Below the pieces are notes generated by a model. It worked only from the letters and a program-made list of their open reading frames with translations, did not search any database and was not told the origin of the DNA. Both the position numbers and the translations under genes were made by a program. From Eledone cirrhosa (lineage: Eukaryota), in the NCBI GenBank assembly GCA_964016885.1, contig OZ024765.1, forward strand, positions 7,254,001 to 7,318,000: DNA of 64,000 bases, given 5' to 3'. The stretch's first letter is position 1; every line of letters begins with the position of its first letter. Of this stretch, positions 1 through 12,321 are shown piece after piece.

Positions 1-199
1 AGAGAGAGAGAGTGGAGAGAGAGAGAGAGTGGAGAGAGAGAGAGAGAGAGAGTGGAGAGAGAGAGAGTGAGAGAGAGGAGAGAGAGAGAGAGGGGAGAGA
101 GAGAGAGAGAGGAGAGAGAGAGAGTGGAGAGAGTGGAGAGGGGGGGGGGGGGGTATTAACAGCAGTTATGTGGTGGGTCAAGTTAACCTTTCAGCTCAC

Positions 200-602
200 C
201 TAGGGTTTTGTAGGTGTCAACATCTGGAAAGAGTGTTGTAACAACTGAAGACTTCCTGCCATTAGGTTTTGGTCCTCCTGCAGCAGGTGAGGTGGTCGGT
301 ACCTGTTGAGTGTTAGTCTGACTGGCACTACCAGCACCACCAATGCTGCCATTAGAGCTACCACTGCCATCGTCTCCGCTCTTCCCTGCAGCCTGGTAAG
401 CAACAGCCTTCTGCTTGGCTTCCTCGAACACTTGTTTGAAGTTGTTGGCAATGTCAGATGTCTTGAATCGGATCGACAGATGTTGTAGCTGCGCTCCGCC
501 GCCATCAGACGAGTCGAATGCACACCACACCCAGACACAACCTTTGCTGTTAACTTTTGGTTTCAAGGCAAGATCTGCAGTGATGTAATGATTACAGCAA
601 AC
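200..602 (-). CDS. RANBP2: RanBP2 exon 26: C-half of RBD2 (VCCNHYIT...WVW..FD...IRFKT...FK..FE) and linker
   Basis: tttacag acceptor; completes RBD2 after REQVLK; donor G|gtgagc at 199. Confidence 0.9.
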
Positions 603-632
603 CTGTAAATAACAACGTCAAAATATTAGTTA

Positions 633-1032
633 CTAGCAGATGTACCCGGCGTTGCTCGGGAAATGAATGACAGCCTGAATTGTTCAAGGTCGTTTATGGC
701 TTAGCTAGCAATTTCTGAGTGCATGTCAGCTAGCCAATTAGAAGTCGCCTCAATAGCAACGTGCCAAATCGGCCTAGTACTTCAAAAGTTAAAAAGAGCC
801 TAGTATTTGTACACAGACAGATACACACACAAAATTGATTTTTCAGCCCCAATATCGATTTTTTTTTAAATTTATTTTTGGTCCAAAACCTGCTCTGGCA
901 TATAAGCAACATGTGTGCCAAATTTGGTTGAAATCGGCCTAGTACTTCAAAAGTTAAAAGGAGCCTAGTATTTGTACACAGACAGACAAACAGACACACA
1001 CACACACACCAACTTGCTTTTATATATATAGA
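633..1032 (-). mobile_element. Non-autonomous Helitron, 400 bp
   Basis: Minus strand reads A|TCTATATA... to hairpin CCCGAGCAACGCCGGG, then CTAG|T. No TSD; internal direct repeat of about 55 bp. Confidence 0.8.
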
Positions 1033-1499
1033 TTACCCAGTACCAGTGGAGAGATGCTGTGCTGAGAAGGAAGGACCTGTCCAACCCATGCAAATGTGGA
1101 AAAAACAATGGTAAAAAACCATGACGATGATATAGGTACCAATGTCAAAATAATAGTTACAGAATTTTTTCCATACGCTGATGCGTATGTATATATGCTT
1201 ACATTTATATGTATGAATATATAAATAAAAATGTGCAAACACAGACGCGTTTCCCCTACCTTCCCTTTGCACACACACATACATTCACACAAGCACAGAC
1301 GTAAAGAGAGGGGAGCAGTATGAGGCAGTCAAATTACTACTCTCTCTTTACGTGTTGTGACAGAATCGCAGAAATTTATATATAGAAGGACTAACTTCTT
1401 GATTATCAAATTGATATTTGGAACATTACTTAACAAAGAGTTCTTACATAAAACCATGATAAAATGTTTTAATATAAAGAAGATTACTTTAAAACCACA

Positions 1500-2400
1500 C
1501 CAGAGACTACAGCTACTACTACACCTATCACCACCACTACTACTACTACAACCACCAAAACTATCACTACAACCACCACCACTACCACTACCAAAACTGT
1601 CACTACTAGCACCTCCACTACCACCAAAACTATAACCACAACCACCACCACTACCACTACTACTACTACAACCACCACCACTACCAAAACAATCACTACT
1701 ACCACCTCCACTACCACCAAAACTATAACTACAACTACCACCACTACCACTACTACAACCACCAAAACTATCACTACTAGCACCTCCACTACCACCAAAA
1801 CTATAACTACGACCACCACCACTACCACTACAACCACCAAAACTACCAAAACTATCATTACTAGCACCTCCACTACCACCAAAACTATAACTACAACCAC
1901 CACCAAAACTATCACTACTAGCACCTCCACTACCACCAAAACTATAACCACAACCACCACCACTACCACTACTACTACTACAACCACCACCACTACCAAA
2001 ACAATCACTACTACCACCTCCACTACCACCAAAACTATAACTACAACTACCACCACTACCACTACTACAACCACCAAAACTATCACTACTAGCACCTCCA
2101 CTACCACCAAAACTATAACTACAACCACCACCACTACTACAACCACCACCAAAACTATCACTACTAGCACCTCCACTACCACCAAAACTATCACTACAAC
2201 CACCACCACTACTACAACCACCACCAAAACTATCACTACTAGCACCTCCACTACCACCAAAACTATAACTACAACCACCACCAAAACTATCACTACAACC
2301 ACCACCACCACCACTACCAAAACTATCACTACTAGCACCTCCACTACAACTACTATGACCACTGCTACTACAATTAGCATTACCATCACCTCCAATACCA
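1500..2400. repeat. ACC/ACT-based compound minisatellite at the 5' end of intron 25
   Basis: Recurring ccaccaaaactat and ctagcacctcca units. Confidence 0.9.
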
Positions 2401-2408
2401 TTAATTAC

Positions 2409-4789
2409 CTTAAGAACCTGTTCTCTTCTCATCACCAACCGCAGCTTCTGTGTTGTAGTGTTTTCCAGAATTTTGATGTTTCCGAGTCCTCGTTCTTTCC
2501 ACTGGGCACTGTCAAATCGATACAGCTTGGCCCGGTGTTCAAATAGACATTTTTCCCCTTCCTCCCCCGTAAGGACTTCCACCTTGTCGGGGAGGGGCAT
2601 AATCGGATCAAAGTTGATGTGCGAGTCTTCTCCATCTCGGTTCACGTAGTAGCCGTCGTCAGCAGCAGCAGCAGCATCCGGAGACGTAGCGCCACTGAGG
2701 TTCGGGCCCTTAGAGCCGTCTGTCGGAGTGGACAGCACGCCATCCGGTTGAGACGGTGTCATGCTGAACGAGAAAAAGGGGGTTGCTGCCTGTGTGACGG
2801 AAGAGGCTCCCGGCGCGGAGATTGTTGACAAGGGCGACGCTGTGACACTGCTCCCAGATGGAGCAGTAGATGTCCCAGGAGTCAAAGCAGCATTGCTAGG
2901 ACCCGGCCCGAGAATGCCTTTACCAGAAGTGTTCGGCGTCAGAGAAAAGTTGAATTTCGGCTGGCTCAAATTGAATCCTAGTGGTTTGCTGTTCTGGTTC
3001 GGTGGTGTGCTGGCTCCAAAGCTAAACGAGGGTGTTGTCAGTATTGTTGAAGCACTGGCACTACTGGCAACAGGAGTGGTGGTCAAGGAAGGCTCGCTCA
3101 CAATTAGAGACATCGAGCTAGACGGGGCAATTTGAGGGGACGACCAGTTGGGTGTCGGCTTCAAGCTGGGCGTCTTCGCAGCAGTCTTACTTCCAAACAC
3201 ACTGGAAGTCTCAGCACTGGAGAAGACAAATGGATGGTTGGTGATAGGAGTCGTGAATGACGGTTGAGGCAGGCAGGTGTTTAAAGAGAAAGGGGACAGT
3301 GCTGCGGCTGTCGTGGTAGTAGTCGTAGTGGCAGCAGTTGTCGTCGTCAACACAGGGACAGTAAAAGACGGTGTTTTTGTCATGCTTCCCAAGGTAAATC
3401 CAGAGCCAAACTTGAAACCATCTTTACTGATATTGTTTGTCGTGTTGTCGGTGACGAATTTGAAGCCAGTTGATGTGATGAGACTCGACGAGAGGCTGGC
3501 AGCAGATGTTGGTGATGCTGCAGCTGTCGAGGACTTCAGATCCTTCTTGTCGGTACCAGGCTTCAGAGTACAACATGCAATACACTGCAACACATCGCCA
3601 TCATTCACCAGGTAACAACCAACGCATTCCCACGTACCCTGCTTATCTTTAAAGAGTTCTGACAGCGGTGGCTTGTCACTTGACACACCGACAATTGGTG
3701 CGGCCGGTTGAGTAAAGAGGCCCCCCTTTGCCAGCCCTGGTGAAGGTGCAGCAGCTTTTGAATTTGGATTTGCCGACTGACAGGCCACGCAGCGGGCCAT
3801 GTCTTTGTTGTTAACAATGCAACATGTAGAGCACTCCCAGCTTCCTTCTTCCATTTTGAACAGTTCACTCAATGGTTTGGTTGGCCCAACAGCAGGAGAT
3901 GGGGTAGTTTTGGCTGTCACGACCACTGCAGGGGATGGGGCGGTGCCCTTATTTACAACAGCAGTGATGTCTTGCACGGGTGTACTACTGTTGCTTTGTT
4001 TGTCACTTGCTGCAGCTAATGCACAATACTGCTGCGCCTTCTCAAAAGCAGCCTTGAACTCCTCCGCAACTTCCAGCACCTTGAAGCGTGCAGCAAAATT
4101 CTCCAGCTTCAGCTCCTCTTCGGCGAAGTCCTGAGCGTTCCAGCACCACGCCTTCGTAGACGATGTCATTGGGGTGAGCTTCGTGTCGGCAGAGAGGAAG
4201 TGGTTGGCGCACAGCTTCAGTACCTGCTCGCGTCGCATCAACACACGGCACCGATTTGTAGACTTGTTGTGGAGAATCTTAAGCTCTCCAATGCCTCGCT
4301 CTTTCCACTGGTTCGACTCCTTGTCAAAGCGATACAGCTTGGCCCTGTCTCCAAACAGCTTCTCTTCCTCCTCCTCGCCTGTCTTTACGTCGACAAGCTC
4401 TGGCAATGGCACCACTGGTGCGAAGTTCACGTTTGGTTCGTACTCGTCCACCTCGTCGTCTTTGTTGGTACTCGTGTCAGCCTGGGAGCTGGGGAACAGA
4501 CAACTTGAAAGCGTCGTCGATGAAGACGTAGACCCACTGAAGATGTTACTGGGTGTCGTTGACCCAAAGGGGATCTCTGTTGCGACCACAGCAGCAGGGT
4601 CACCGACCGGAGTCTTGTCCACCTTGCCGAAGAACGACGTCTTGGAAGTGTCAGGAAAGGAGAAATTCCAGAAGGGCTTCTGGGTGCCACCCGCAGAAGA
4701 TGTCATTGCTGGGGTCGTCATGGAAATGGGGGTCTTTTGACTTGCAGGAGTTGGTTTGTCAGTTGCATCAAAGTCGACCTTTGGTGTAC
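2409..4789 (-). CDS. RANBP2: RanBP2 exon 25: RBD1, two RanBP2-type zinc fingers, FxFG region, N-half of RBD2
   Basis: ttacag / AAG|gtaatt, 2381 nt. Contains TGEE.E..LF..RAKLYRF..WKERG.G twice, plus GSWECSTC..N..C.AC and GTWECVGC..N..C.AC. Confidence 0.95.
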
Positions 4790-5276
4790 CTGTAAAGAGG
4801 AGAGATTGCGATATTAGTTACCAGCCACCCTTTCTATGGTTTTCAAATATTTTGAAAATAATCAACAATTTGGAGGGGTTTAGTAATATAACTAAATTTC
4901 TCATTATTAAGAAGATGTTTGGAACATTATTGGAAGCTTTTAGAGAAATATAAATACTTTAACCCCTTCATTACCATATTTCTAATGAAAGACAATCTAT
5001 GATTTTCAAATAATTTTTTAAATAATCAAGAATTTAAGAGATTTAGTAACATAAGTAAGTTTTTCACTATCAAGCTGATATTATGAACATAAAGGTGCTT
5101 AGCTAAAATTATGATGGAAGGTTTTTAGGTGTATATAAACACGGTGAAATAGTTTTGTATCATAGAAACAAACACTTGCTACCAAAGATACCACCTGTTG
5201 TCAAGTAATTTCGAAAATAAAGAATTTGGAGGGATTTAGTAATATAACTTTCTCGTCATTAAGTTAGTGTTTGGAA

Positions 5277-5616
5277 CAGTAGTGGTCCAAGAGAAAATTT
5301 TGGACATTATTTGCAATTTTTATGTTTTATTAATAATAAAACAAAAATATTTGGTTAAAATATATTTTATAATACCCCTAAAAAATGTTTCTCCTCAGTA
5401 AAGAACTAACATCCATGAAAGAATTTTACCCATATATATCATCTATCGACAATATGACACATTTACGCTTCAGTGTTGTTTAATAAAATGGAAGTGCTCT
5501 GGTCATTATTTTACAAATGTATTTATCTTTTTAAAAAAAAATTCATATTAGTGGTCGGCGACATTTAAAATTATTACTTTAGTTGTCCATGAGGTCCAAA
5601 CGGTTGGCGACCACTG
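5277..5616. mobile_element. hAT (Buster-like) MITE, 340 bp
   Basis: 8-bp TSD gtttggaa at 5269-5276 and 5617-5624. Right end GGTTGGCGACCACTG is identical to that of the 30599..34628 element; left TIR is decayed. Confidence 0.72.
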
Positions 5617-5737
5617 GTTTGGAACATAACTTAAAGGTTCTTACATAAAATTATTATGGAAGGTTTTGTATCATTCACAGAAACAGGAGTAGTTAAGGTA
5701 TCAAAACAGGATGAAAAAAAAAGAAAGCTTCACTTAC

Positions 5738-5923
5738 AGGAGAAGGTAAAACCACCGAAGCTTTGTGAGGGGCCTTTAGACGGCTCGGGTGGATTGATGG
5801 TCAAACCTAGATTTGTGGAAGGGGTGCCTGATGTAGATGCTTTCATTACTTCACTTGACTGCTGGTGACTGTTGTTGAGAACTTTCAGGAGAGCAGAGGT
5901 TACTGGCTGTCCAGGTGAGGTTA
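5738..5923 (-). CDS. RANBP2: RanBP2 exon 24 (TSPGQPVTS...SFGGFTFS)
   Basis: ctacag / gtaagt, 186 nt; FG motif. Confidence 0.85.
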
Positions 5924-5994
5924 CTGTAGAAAGAGAGAGACATACCAAGTTTGTACTGTGAGAGAGATGAAAATAAAGCAAGAGATAGATATAG

Positions 5995-6590
5995 AGAGAG
6001 GAAAAAAGAGAGAGAAAGAAGAGAGTTCGAGAAAGGGAGAAAGAAGAGAGTTCGAGAGAAGAAGAAAGAAAGAGCTCGAGAGAAGAAAGAAAGAGCTAGA
6101 GAGAAGAAAGAAAGAGCTAGAGAGAAGAAAGAAAGAGCTCGAGAGAAGAAAGAAAGAGCTCGAGAGAAGAAAGAAAGAGCTCGAGAGAAGAAAGAAAGAG
6201 CTCGAGAGAAGAAAGAAAGAGCTCGAGAGAAGAAAGAAAGAGCTCGAGAGAAGAAAGAAAGAGCTCGAGAGAAGAAAGAAAGAGCTCGAGAGAAGAAAGA
6301 AAGAGCTAGAGAGAAGAAAGAAAGAGCTAGAGAGAAGAAAGAAAGAGCTAGAGAGAAGAAAGAAAGAGCTAGAGAGAAGAAAGAAAGAGCTAGAGAGAAG
6401 AAAGAAAGAGCTAGAGAGAAGAAAGAAAGAGCTAGAGAGAAGAACGAAAGAGCTAGAGAGAAGAAAGAAAGAGCTAGAGAAGAAAGAAAGAGCTAGAGAG
6501 AAGAAAGAAAGAGCTAGAGAGAAGAAAGAAAGAGCTAGAGAGAAGAAAGAAAGAGCTAGAGAGAAGAAAGAAAGAGCTAGAGAGAGGGGG
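5995..6590. repeat. 21-bp purine-rich minisatellite (GAGAGAAGAAAGAAAGAGCTM)
   Basis: Direct tandem units filling intron 23. Confidence 0.92.
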
Positions 6591-6640
6591 AAAAAGAGCT
6601 ACAGGGGAGAAAGAAAGATGGAGAGGTTATATATACTTAC

Positions 6641-8168
6641 TTGAAGGTGGAGTTGGTTGAGGGTCAGTGGCCTGCAACGATGACGGGTTGGTCATTGGAG
6701 AGGTGGTAGCAGAATGAGGGGAAGGAAACATCATCCCCATACCAGTCATACCTTTGGGTGTACTGGCAGCCATGTTGGACCCACTAACGCTGCTGCTGTC
6801 AGCGCTGAAGAAGCCTGGTGAAGGTAAAGACATCCGGGTCATGGCCCCAGGGGCAGGGCTCGAGCCCAAGCCGAAACTGAGGTTCAATCCCCCGCCGGGG
6901 CTAACCCCGAGACCAGCCCCACCGGGGGACAAGCCCGTGCCCGAGACACACGGGCTGCCAGCGGAGCCAGGGCTGATGCCGTGGTAACCGTACTGGAGCG
7001 AGTGGCCCCGGAGGGCGTCGGCGAAGTAACCGGGCCGCGGAAGGGCCGGCGCCGGAGCGGGGACGGGGCTGCGGTGTTGCTGGAGCTGAGGCGGCGGAGG
7101 GTGGTGATGGTGATGGTGGTGGTGCAGGGGCCCGCCCGGCTGCTGAGGGGAGTAAGTGACCGTGGACTTGCCCACCAAGCCGGTCTGGTGGCCGAAGGGC
7201 CACTCCTGCACCAGCTGGGAGTCTGGGATGTGGAAGCGAGGCGGTGTAGCAGCGGGGTTGAGGGCTGGGGGCACAGCAGCGGAGGGTACAGCCAGAGGTG
7301 GGGAGACCGAACGGCTAAACTCGTTGCTCTCGTCGTAGTACTCCCCATCCACGTGGCACAGGTCCTCCTCTTCTTCCTCCTCCTCCTCATCTTCTTCCTC
7401 GTCGTCGTCCTCCTCCTCCTCCTCATCTTCCTCATCCTCCTCCTCTTCATCATCTTCCTCCTCCTCCTCCTCTTCGTCTTCCTCCTCCTCTTCCTCCTTG
7501 CATTCCCCTTCTTCTGCTACCTCACCCACTCCCTCCTCCTCCTCCTCACCACAACCACCGGCAGCCACTGCTTCAGGCCCCTCCTGGGGCCCGGCAGAGG
7601 CGGGAGTGGCGGCAATGGCAGCAGCAGAGATGGTGGAGCTGGCAGCGGAAGAAACAGCAGGAGTACCGCTGCCGGCCACAATAGCAGCGGCGTTTCCGCT
7701 GAAAACAGTGGCAGCAGCGGGAGAAGGGGTAACCATCGGCGATGGTATGGACGCCATCATCATCATCACCTTCGAGTAAGGGGACAAGGCGGCCTGGCGG
7801 CCCGCGGCCCCGGGCAGCGCCTTGGGGGAGACAGCAGCCGCTGGGGGAGCAACCGGCGTGGTAGCAGCTGCACCGTACGGACTCTGCTGCATCTGGTGGT
7901 GCGGCGCAACCAGTGGGGTGTGCAGCTGGTAGCCTGTGAAGTGTGCAGCCATCCATGGCGACGCTGCAGACGGAGTGAAAGGTACGTGTGGTGGCGGGGT
8001 GGGCTGTTGTGGAGGTGGAGGGGCTGCAAAGGGAGTTGGGGTGGACATATAGGCTGCTGCTGCTGCCGCCGCTACTGCTGCTGGTGTTGCTGGTGATGGT
8101 GATGCTGTTACACCTGGGGCGGCAAGGTGGAATGTACTGGCCATCATACGGTACTGGGTGAGTTCAGT
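6641..8168 (-). CDS. RANBP2: RanBP2 exon 23, 1528 nt low-complexity exon (poly-A, poly-E/D, poly-H, P/G-rich)
   Basis: ctcctcag / gtaagt; in frame with ORF 6627..8147; phase-compatible with both neighbours. Confidence 0.8.
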
Positions 8169-8171
8169 CTG

Positions 8172-9340
8172 AGGAGAGAGAGAGAGAGAGAGAGAGTTAT
8201 ATGAGAGAGAGAGTTATATATATAGGAGGGAGAGAGAGAGTTATATGAGAGAGAGAGTTATATATAGGAGAGAGAGAGAGTTATATATAGGAGAGTTATA
8301 TATAGGAGAGAGAGAGTTATATATAGGAGAGTTATATATAGGAGAGTTATATATAGGAGAGAGAGAGTTATATATAGGAGAGAGAGAGTTATATATAGGA
8401 GAGAGAGAGTTATATATAGGAGAGAGAGAGTTATATATAGGAGAGAGAGAGTTATATATAGGAGAGTTATATATAGGAGAGTTATATATAGGAGAGAGAG
8501 AGTTATATATAGGAGAGAGAGAGTTATAAATAGGAGAGTTATATATAGGAGAGTTATATATAGGAGAGTTATATATAGGAGAGAGAGTTATATATAGGAG
8601 AGAGAGTTATATATAGGAGAGAGTTATATATAGGAGAGTTATATATAGGAGAGAGAGTTATATATAGGAGAGAGTTATATATAGGAGAGTTATATATAGG
8701 AGAGAGAGTTATATATAGGAGAGAGAGTTATATATAGGAGAGAGTTATATATAGGAGAGAGAGAGTTATATATAGGAGAGAGAGTTATATATAGGAGAGA
8801 GAGAGTTATAAATAGGAGAGTTATATATAGGAGAGAGAGTTATATATAGGAGGGAGAGAGAGAGAGAGATATATATAGGAGAGAGAGTTATATATAGGAG
8901 GGAGAGAGAGAGAGAGTTATATATAGGAGAGAGAGAGTTATATATAGGAGAGAGAGTTATAAATAGGAGAGTTATATATAGGAGAGAGAGTTATATATAG
9001 GAGGGAGAGAGAGAGTTATATATAGGAGAGAGAGAGTTATAAATAGGAGAGTTATATATAGGAGAGAGAGTTATATATAGGAGGGAGAGAGTTATATATA
9101 GGAGAGAGAGAGTTATATATGAGAGAGAGAGAGTTATATATAGGAGAGAGAGAGTTATATATAGGAGAGAGAGTTATATATAGGAGAGAGAGAGTTATAT
9201 ATAGGAGAGAGAGAGAGTTATATATAGGAGAGAGAGAGTTATATATAGGAGGGAGAGAGTTATATGTAGGAGAGAGAGAGAGAGAGAGTTATATATAGGA
9301 GGGAGAGAGAGAGAGGGTTATATATAGGAGAGAGAAAGAT
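8172..9340. repeat. Compound (GA)n-TTATATATAG minisatellite
   Basis: Tandem variable-length units next to the exon 23 acceptor. Confidence 0.92.
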
Positions 9341-9617
9341 AAAGAGTTACATTTATATACAGAAAATCGAAAATAAACAAAGAGTTATATAAAAAGGATC
9401 ACCCACACTGAAATTCCATTATAATGAAATTCACAAGGTATAGAAAAAAAATTCATTGCAACAAGGAACTCTTTATAATGAGATCGACCCAAACAAGTCC
9501 TGCGTTTGTTTGTTGTTACCTCAGGGATTGAAAAATATTTCGTTTTACTGAGAAATTTGTTGTAATGGTATTTGTTATAATGGAATTTTACCTGCATATA
9601 TGTATGTGTGGGTTCTA

Positions 9618-10245
9618 TAGAAGTGGTTGATAGCTTCCGGTACCTATGTGATCAGATTAGCATTGGGGGGGGGGGTCCGAGGGCATAGTATCTAGAATAA
9701 GGACAGGTTGGAAGAAGTTTAGGGAGCTGCTTCCTCTGTTGACAAGGAAGGGTTTCTCCTTGCGTACGAAAGGTCGGTTATATGCTGCCTGTGTGAGATG
9801 CGCGATGCTGCATGGTAGTGAGACACGGGCAGCAATTGCAGAGGATATGCGACGGCTAGAGAGATATGAAGCAAGTATGCTCCGTTGGATGTGCAATGTC
9901 AATGTATGTGAACAACCAAGCATAGATGAGTTGAGAGAGAAACTGGGTGTAAGAGGGATAAGTTGTGGTGTGCAGGAGAGGAGACTGAGGTGGTATGGAC
10001 ATGTGATGTACATGGAGGATGACCGCTGGGTCAAGAAGTGTCAAGAAATCCCAGTAGAAGGAAGACGCAGTAGAGGAAGACCACGACAAACATGGGCGGA
10101 GGTGGTGAGGGCAGAGCTCAGATCGTTGAAGCTCACGGAGATGACGAAGGACCGTGACAAGTGGAGAGATGCTGTGCTGATGAGGAGGACCCGTCCCACC
10201 CTTGCAAGCAAGGAAACGTGTATGATGATGATGATGATGATGATG
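9618..10245 (+). mobile_element. 5'-truncated RTE LINE with (ATG)n tail
   Basis: GW+KFRELLPLL..KGFSL..KGRLY.ACVR.AMLHGSET...RRLRWYGHV...RGRPR.TW. Confidence 0.9.
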
Positions 10246-10914
10246 TCAATGTAAATGACAATGAAAGAGTGTTTAAAACATTTAATGACTTACAATCATT
10301 TCATCCTAGTACAAGTAGATAACAAAGGTCATATGTTTTAAACACTCTTTGATTGTCATTTACATTGACATCATCATCATCATCATCATACGCGTTTCCT
10401 TGTTGTATTTTGGCTCTGTAGCATACTTGTTATTTTACATTGAGCTATTTTTATAGCTTGTAATCGGGTAATATCTATTATTACCTACATTATATATATA
10501 TGTGTATATATATATAGTTACAATTCATCATTATCATCGTTTTTACGTCCGTTCTTCCCCGCTGGCATGGGTTAGACGGGTTGTCCTGTTGTGGGCAGTG
10601 TCCAGTTGGCTGACTTTGTCTTGCTCAGACAGGAACTGATTCTGGCTTGATTTCTACAGCTGGATGCACTTCCTAACACCAACCTCATTTACAGTGAGTG
10701 CTGGGTGCTTTTTTGCCATGGCTCCTACACGACCACTTTACAGTGGAATGATAGGGACCCCAGTCCCTATCATCTCATTTCTACAGCTGAGTAAACTGGA
10801 GCAATGTGAAATAAAGTGCTCAAGGAAACAACACATCACCTGGTCCGAGAATTGAACTCACAACCTTTCAATTGCAAGCCCAATACTCTAACCACTAAGC
10901 CATGCACCTTCAAT

Positions 10915-10962
<48 letters not shown>

Positions 10963-11045
10963 ACATGCATACAAATACCATCACACATAGACATACACAC
11001 ACACATATATATATAGAAAGAGATAAAAGGTATATGGTGGATTAC

Positions 11046-11219
11046 CAAGTAAAGCTGGTTCAATTCCTTGCTCTCTCGAAGTTGTTGTTGGAGGGAGACG
11101 TTGAATTTGGTCAACTCCTTGTTCTGGTCAACAATTGGCTTAAGGATGGAGATATGTGATAACTGGAGGGCACGCAGCTGGGCATCGAGACGTTCAGGAC
11201 TCGGTCGGACATGGCTACC
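11046..11219 (-). CDS. RANBP2: RanBP2 exon 22 (GSHVRPSPERLDAQLRAL...), coiled-coil/oligomerization region
   Basis: ccacag / gtaatc, 174 nt; heptad pattern. Confidence 0.85.
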
Positions 11220-11309
11220 CTGTGGACAACAACAACATTATTATTATAATAAACAAAGTTTTCTTAAAGAGAAGCGTGAGTATATTAGACTTTATAGAAG
11301 AAAACCGTA

Positions 11310-11670
11310 ACAACCTCCCATCAGTAACAACAATGGGGCTAAAGGCAAGCGAGGCACTGCCCCACTGGAGTAGATACAAACTATGCAGTGTGGAAAAGCC
11401 TAAATAGGCTAAGATCTGGTGTTGGTTGTGCAAACGTCACTCTTGCAAAATGGGGATATTTAAAGGATGGGGACGTTGTGTGTGACTGTGGTATGAAACC
11501 ACAGACTATACAGCACCTCTTGATATGCCCCCTGCTGGAACACCCCTGTATAGCATTGGACTTGGCAGAATTTAATGAGAAAGGACAGCAATGTATTCAG
11601 CTGGGGCAGAACCACATCTAGCCAGGCTTTGTAGCAGACATTCTTGTGGACATGACAAGAACAAAAATAA
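11310..11670 (+). mobile_element. Ingi/Vingi-like LINE 3' fragment
   Basis: WKSLNRLRSGVG...KWG...CDCG..QT.QHLL.CP C-terminal zinc-knuckle region. Confidence 0.65.
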
Positions 11671-12097
11671 CCCAATTTGTTGGACTATTTTCATAGTAAA
11701 AAAAAAAATAGGTGCTTTGAAACTTCTGACTGAATTAATACTGTACATAAGATGACAGATCCCTGGCTTATCTGGGAGATGAGTAGCCCCGTTTCAGAGC
11801 TGACTTGGTTTATGTAGACCCATCCAACCCTTGCTAGCAGGAAAAGTGAACGTTAAAACGATAAGGACTGGCCTGCTGAGTCTCAGGGGTTTCAAGACAG
11901 ACTTTACAACTGTGATGGACTGGCCTCATGACCAGGGGGGAGTCATGAAAGGCAAAGCTAACCCCATTAGGATTTGAACTCTGTGGTGTGAAGCCAACAC
12001 CCTATTTGTCTACATGTGTGGCTCTCCTGGCTCTTTTGGCATTGACAAACAACTCAAAACAAACAAAGAGAAAACACAAACACAGACAGGGACTTAC

Positions 12098-12321
12098 TTC
12101 TGAAGAATTACGGTGGGATTTGGGTGTTTGTTTCTTGTTCGAGGGGGACTTCTTGTGTTCAGGTTCGATGAGGGAGCTGTCGCGACATGGAATTGGGCTG
12201 GAGGAACGAATGTGGACCTCGTGCGGGGGCGAGTCAAACGGGGTAATTCCTGCAGAAACATTCATATTGGCAGAGCAGAAGGACTCAGTGCTGGAAGCAT
12301 CGTCTATCAAAGGAAATGGAC
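12098..12321 (-). CDS. RANBP2: RanBP2 exon 21 (GPFPLIDDASS...SHRNSSE), S/P-rich linker
   Basis: tttcag / gtaagt, 224 nt. Confidence 0.82.

Noticed and set aside
1484-2401. Poly-valine 305 aa ORF
   Set aside because: Alternative frame of a triplet repeat.
5951-6644. Charged coiled-coil ORFs (REKKERA / ELERRKK)
   Set aside because: Translations of a 21-bp intronic minisatellite, antisense to RanBP2.
6981-8096. 371 aa plus-strand ORF
   Set aside because: Antisense shadow of GC-rich exon 23.
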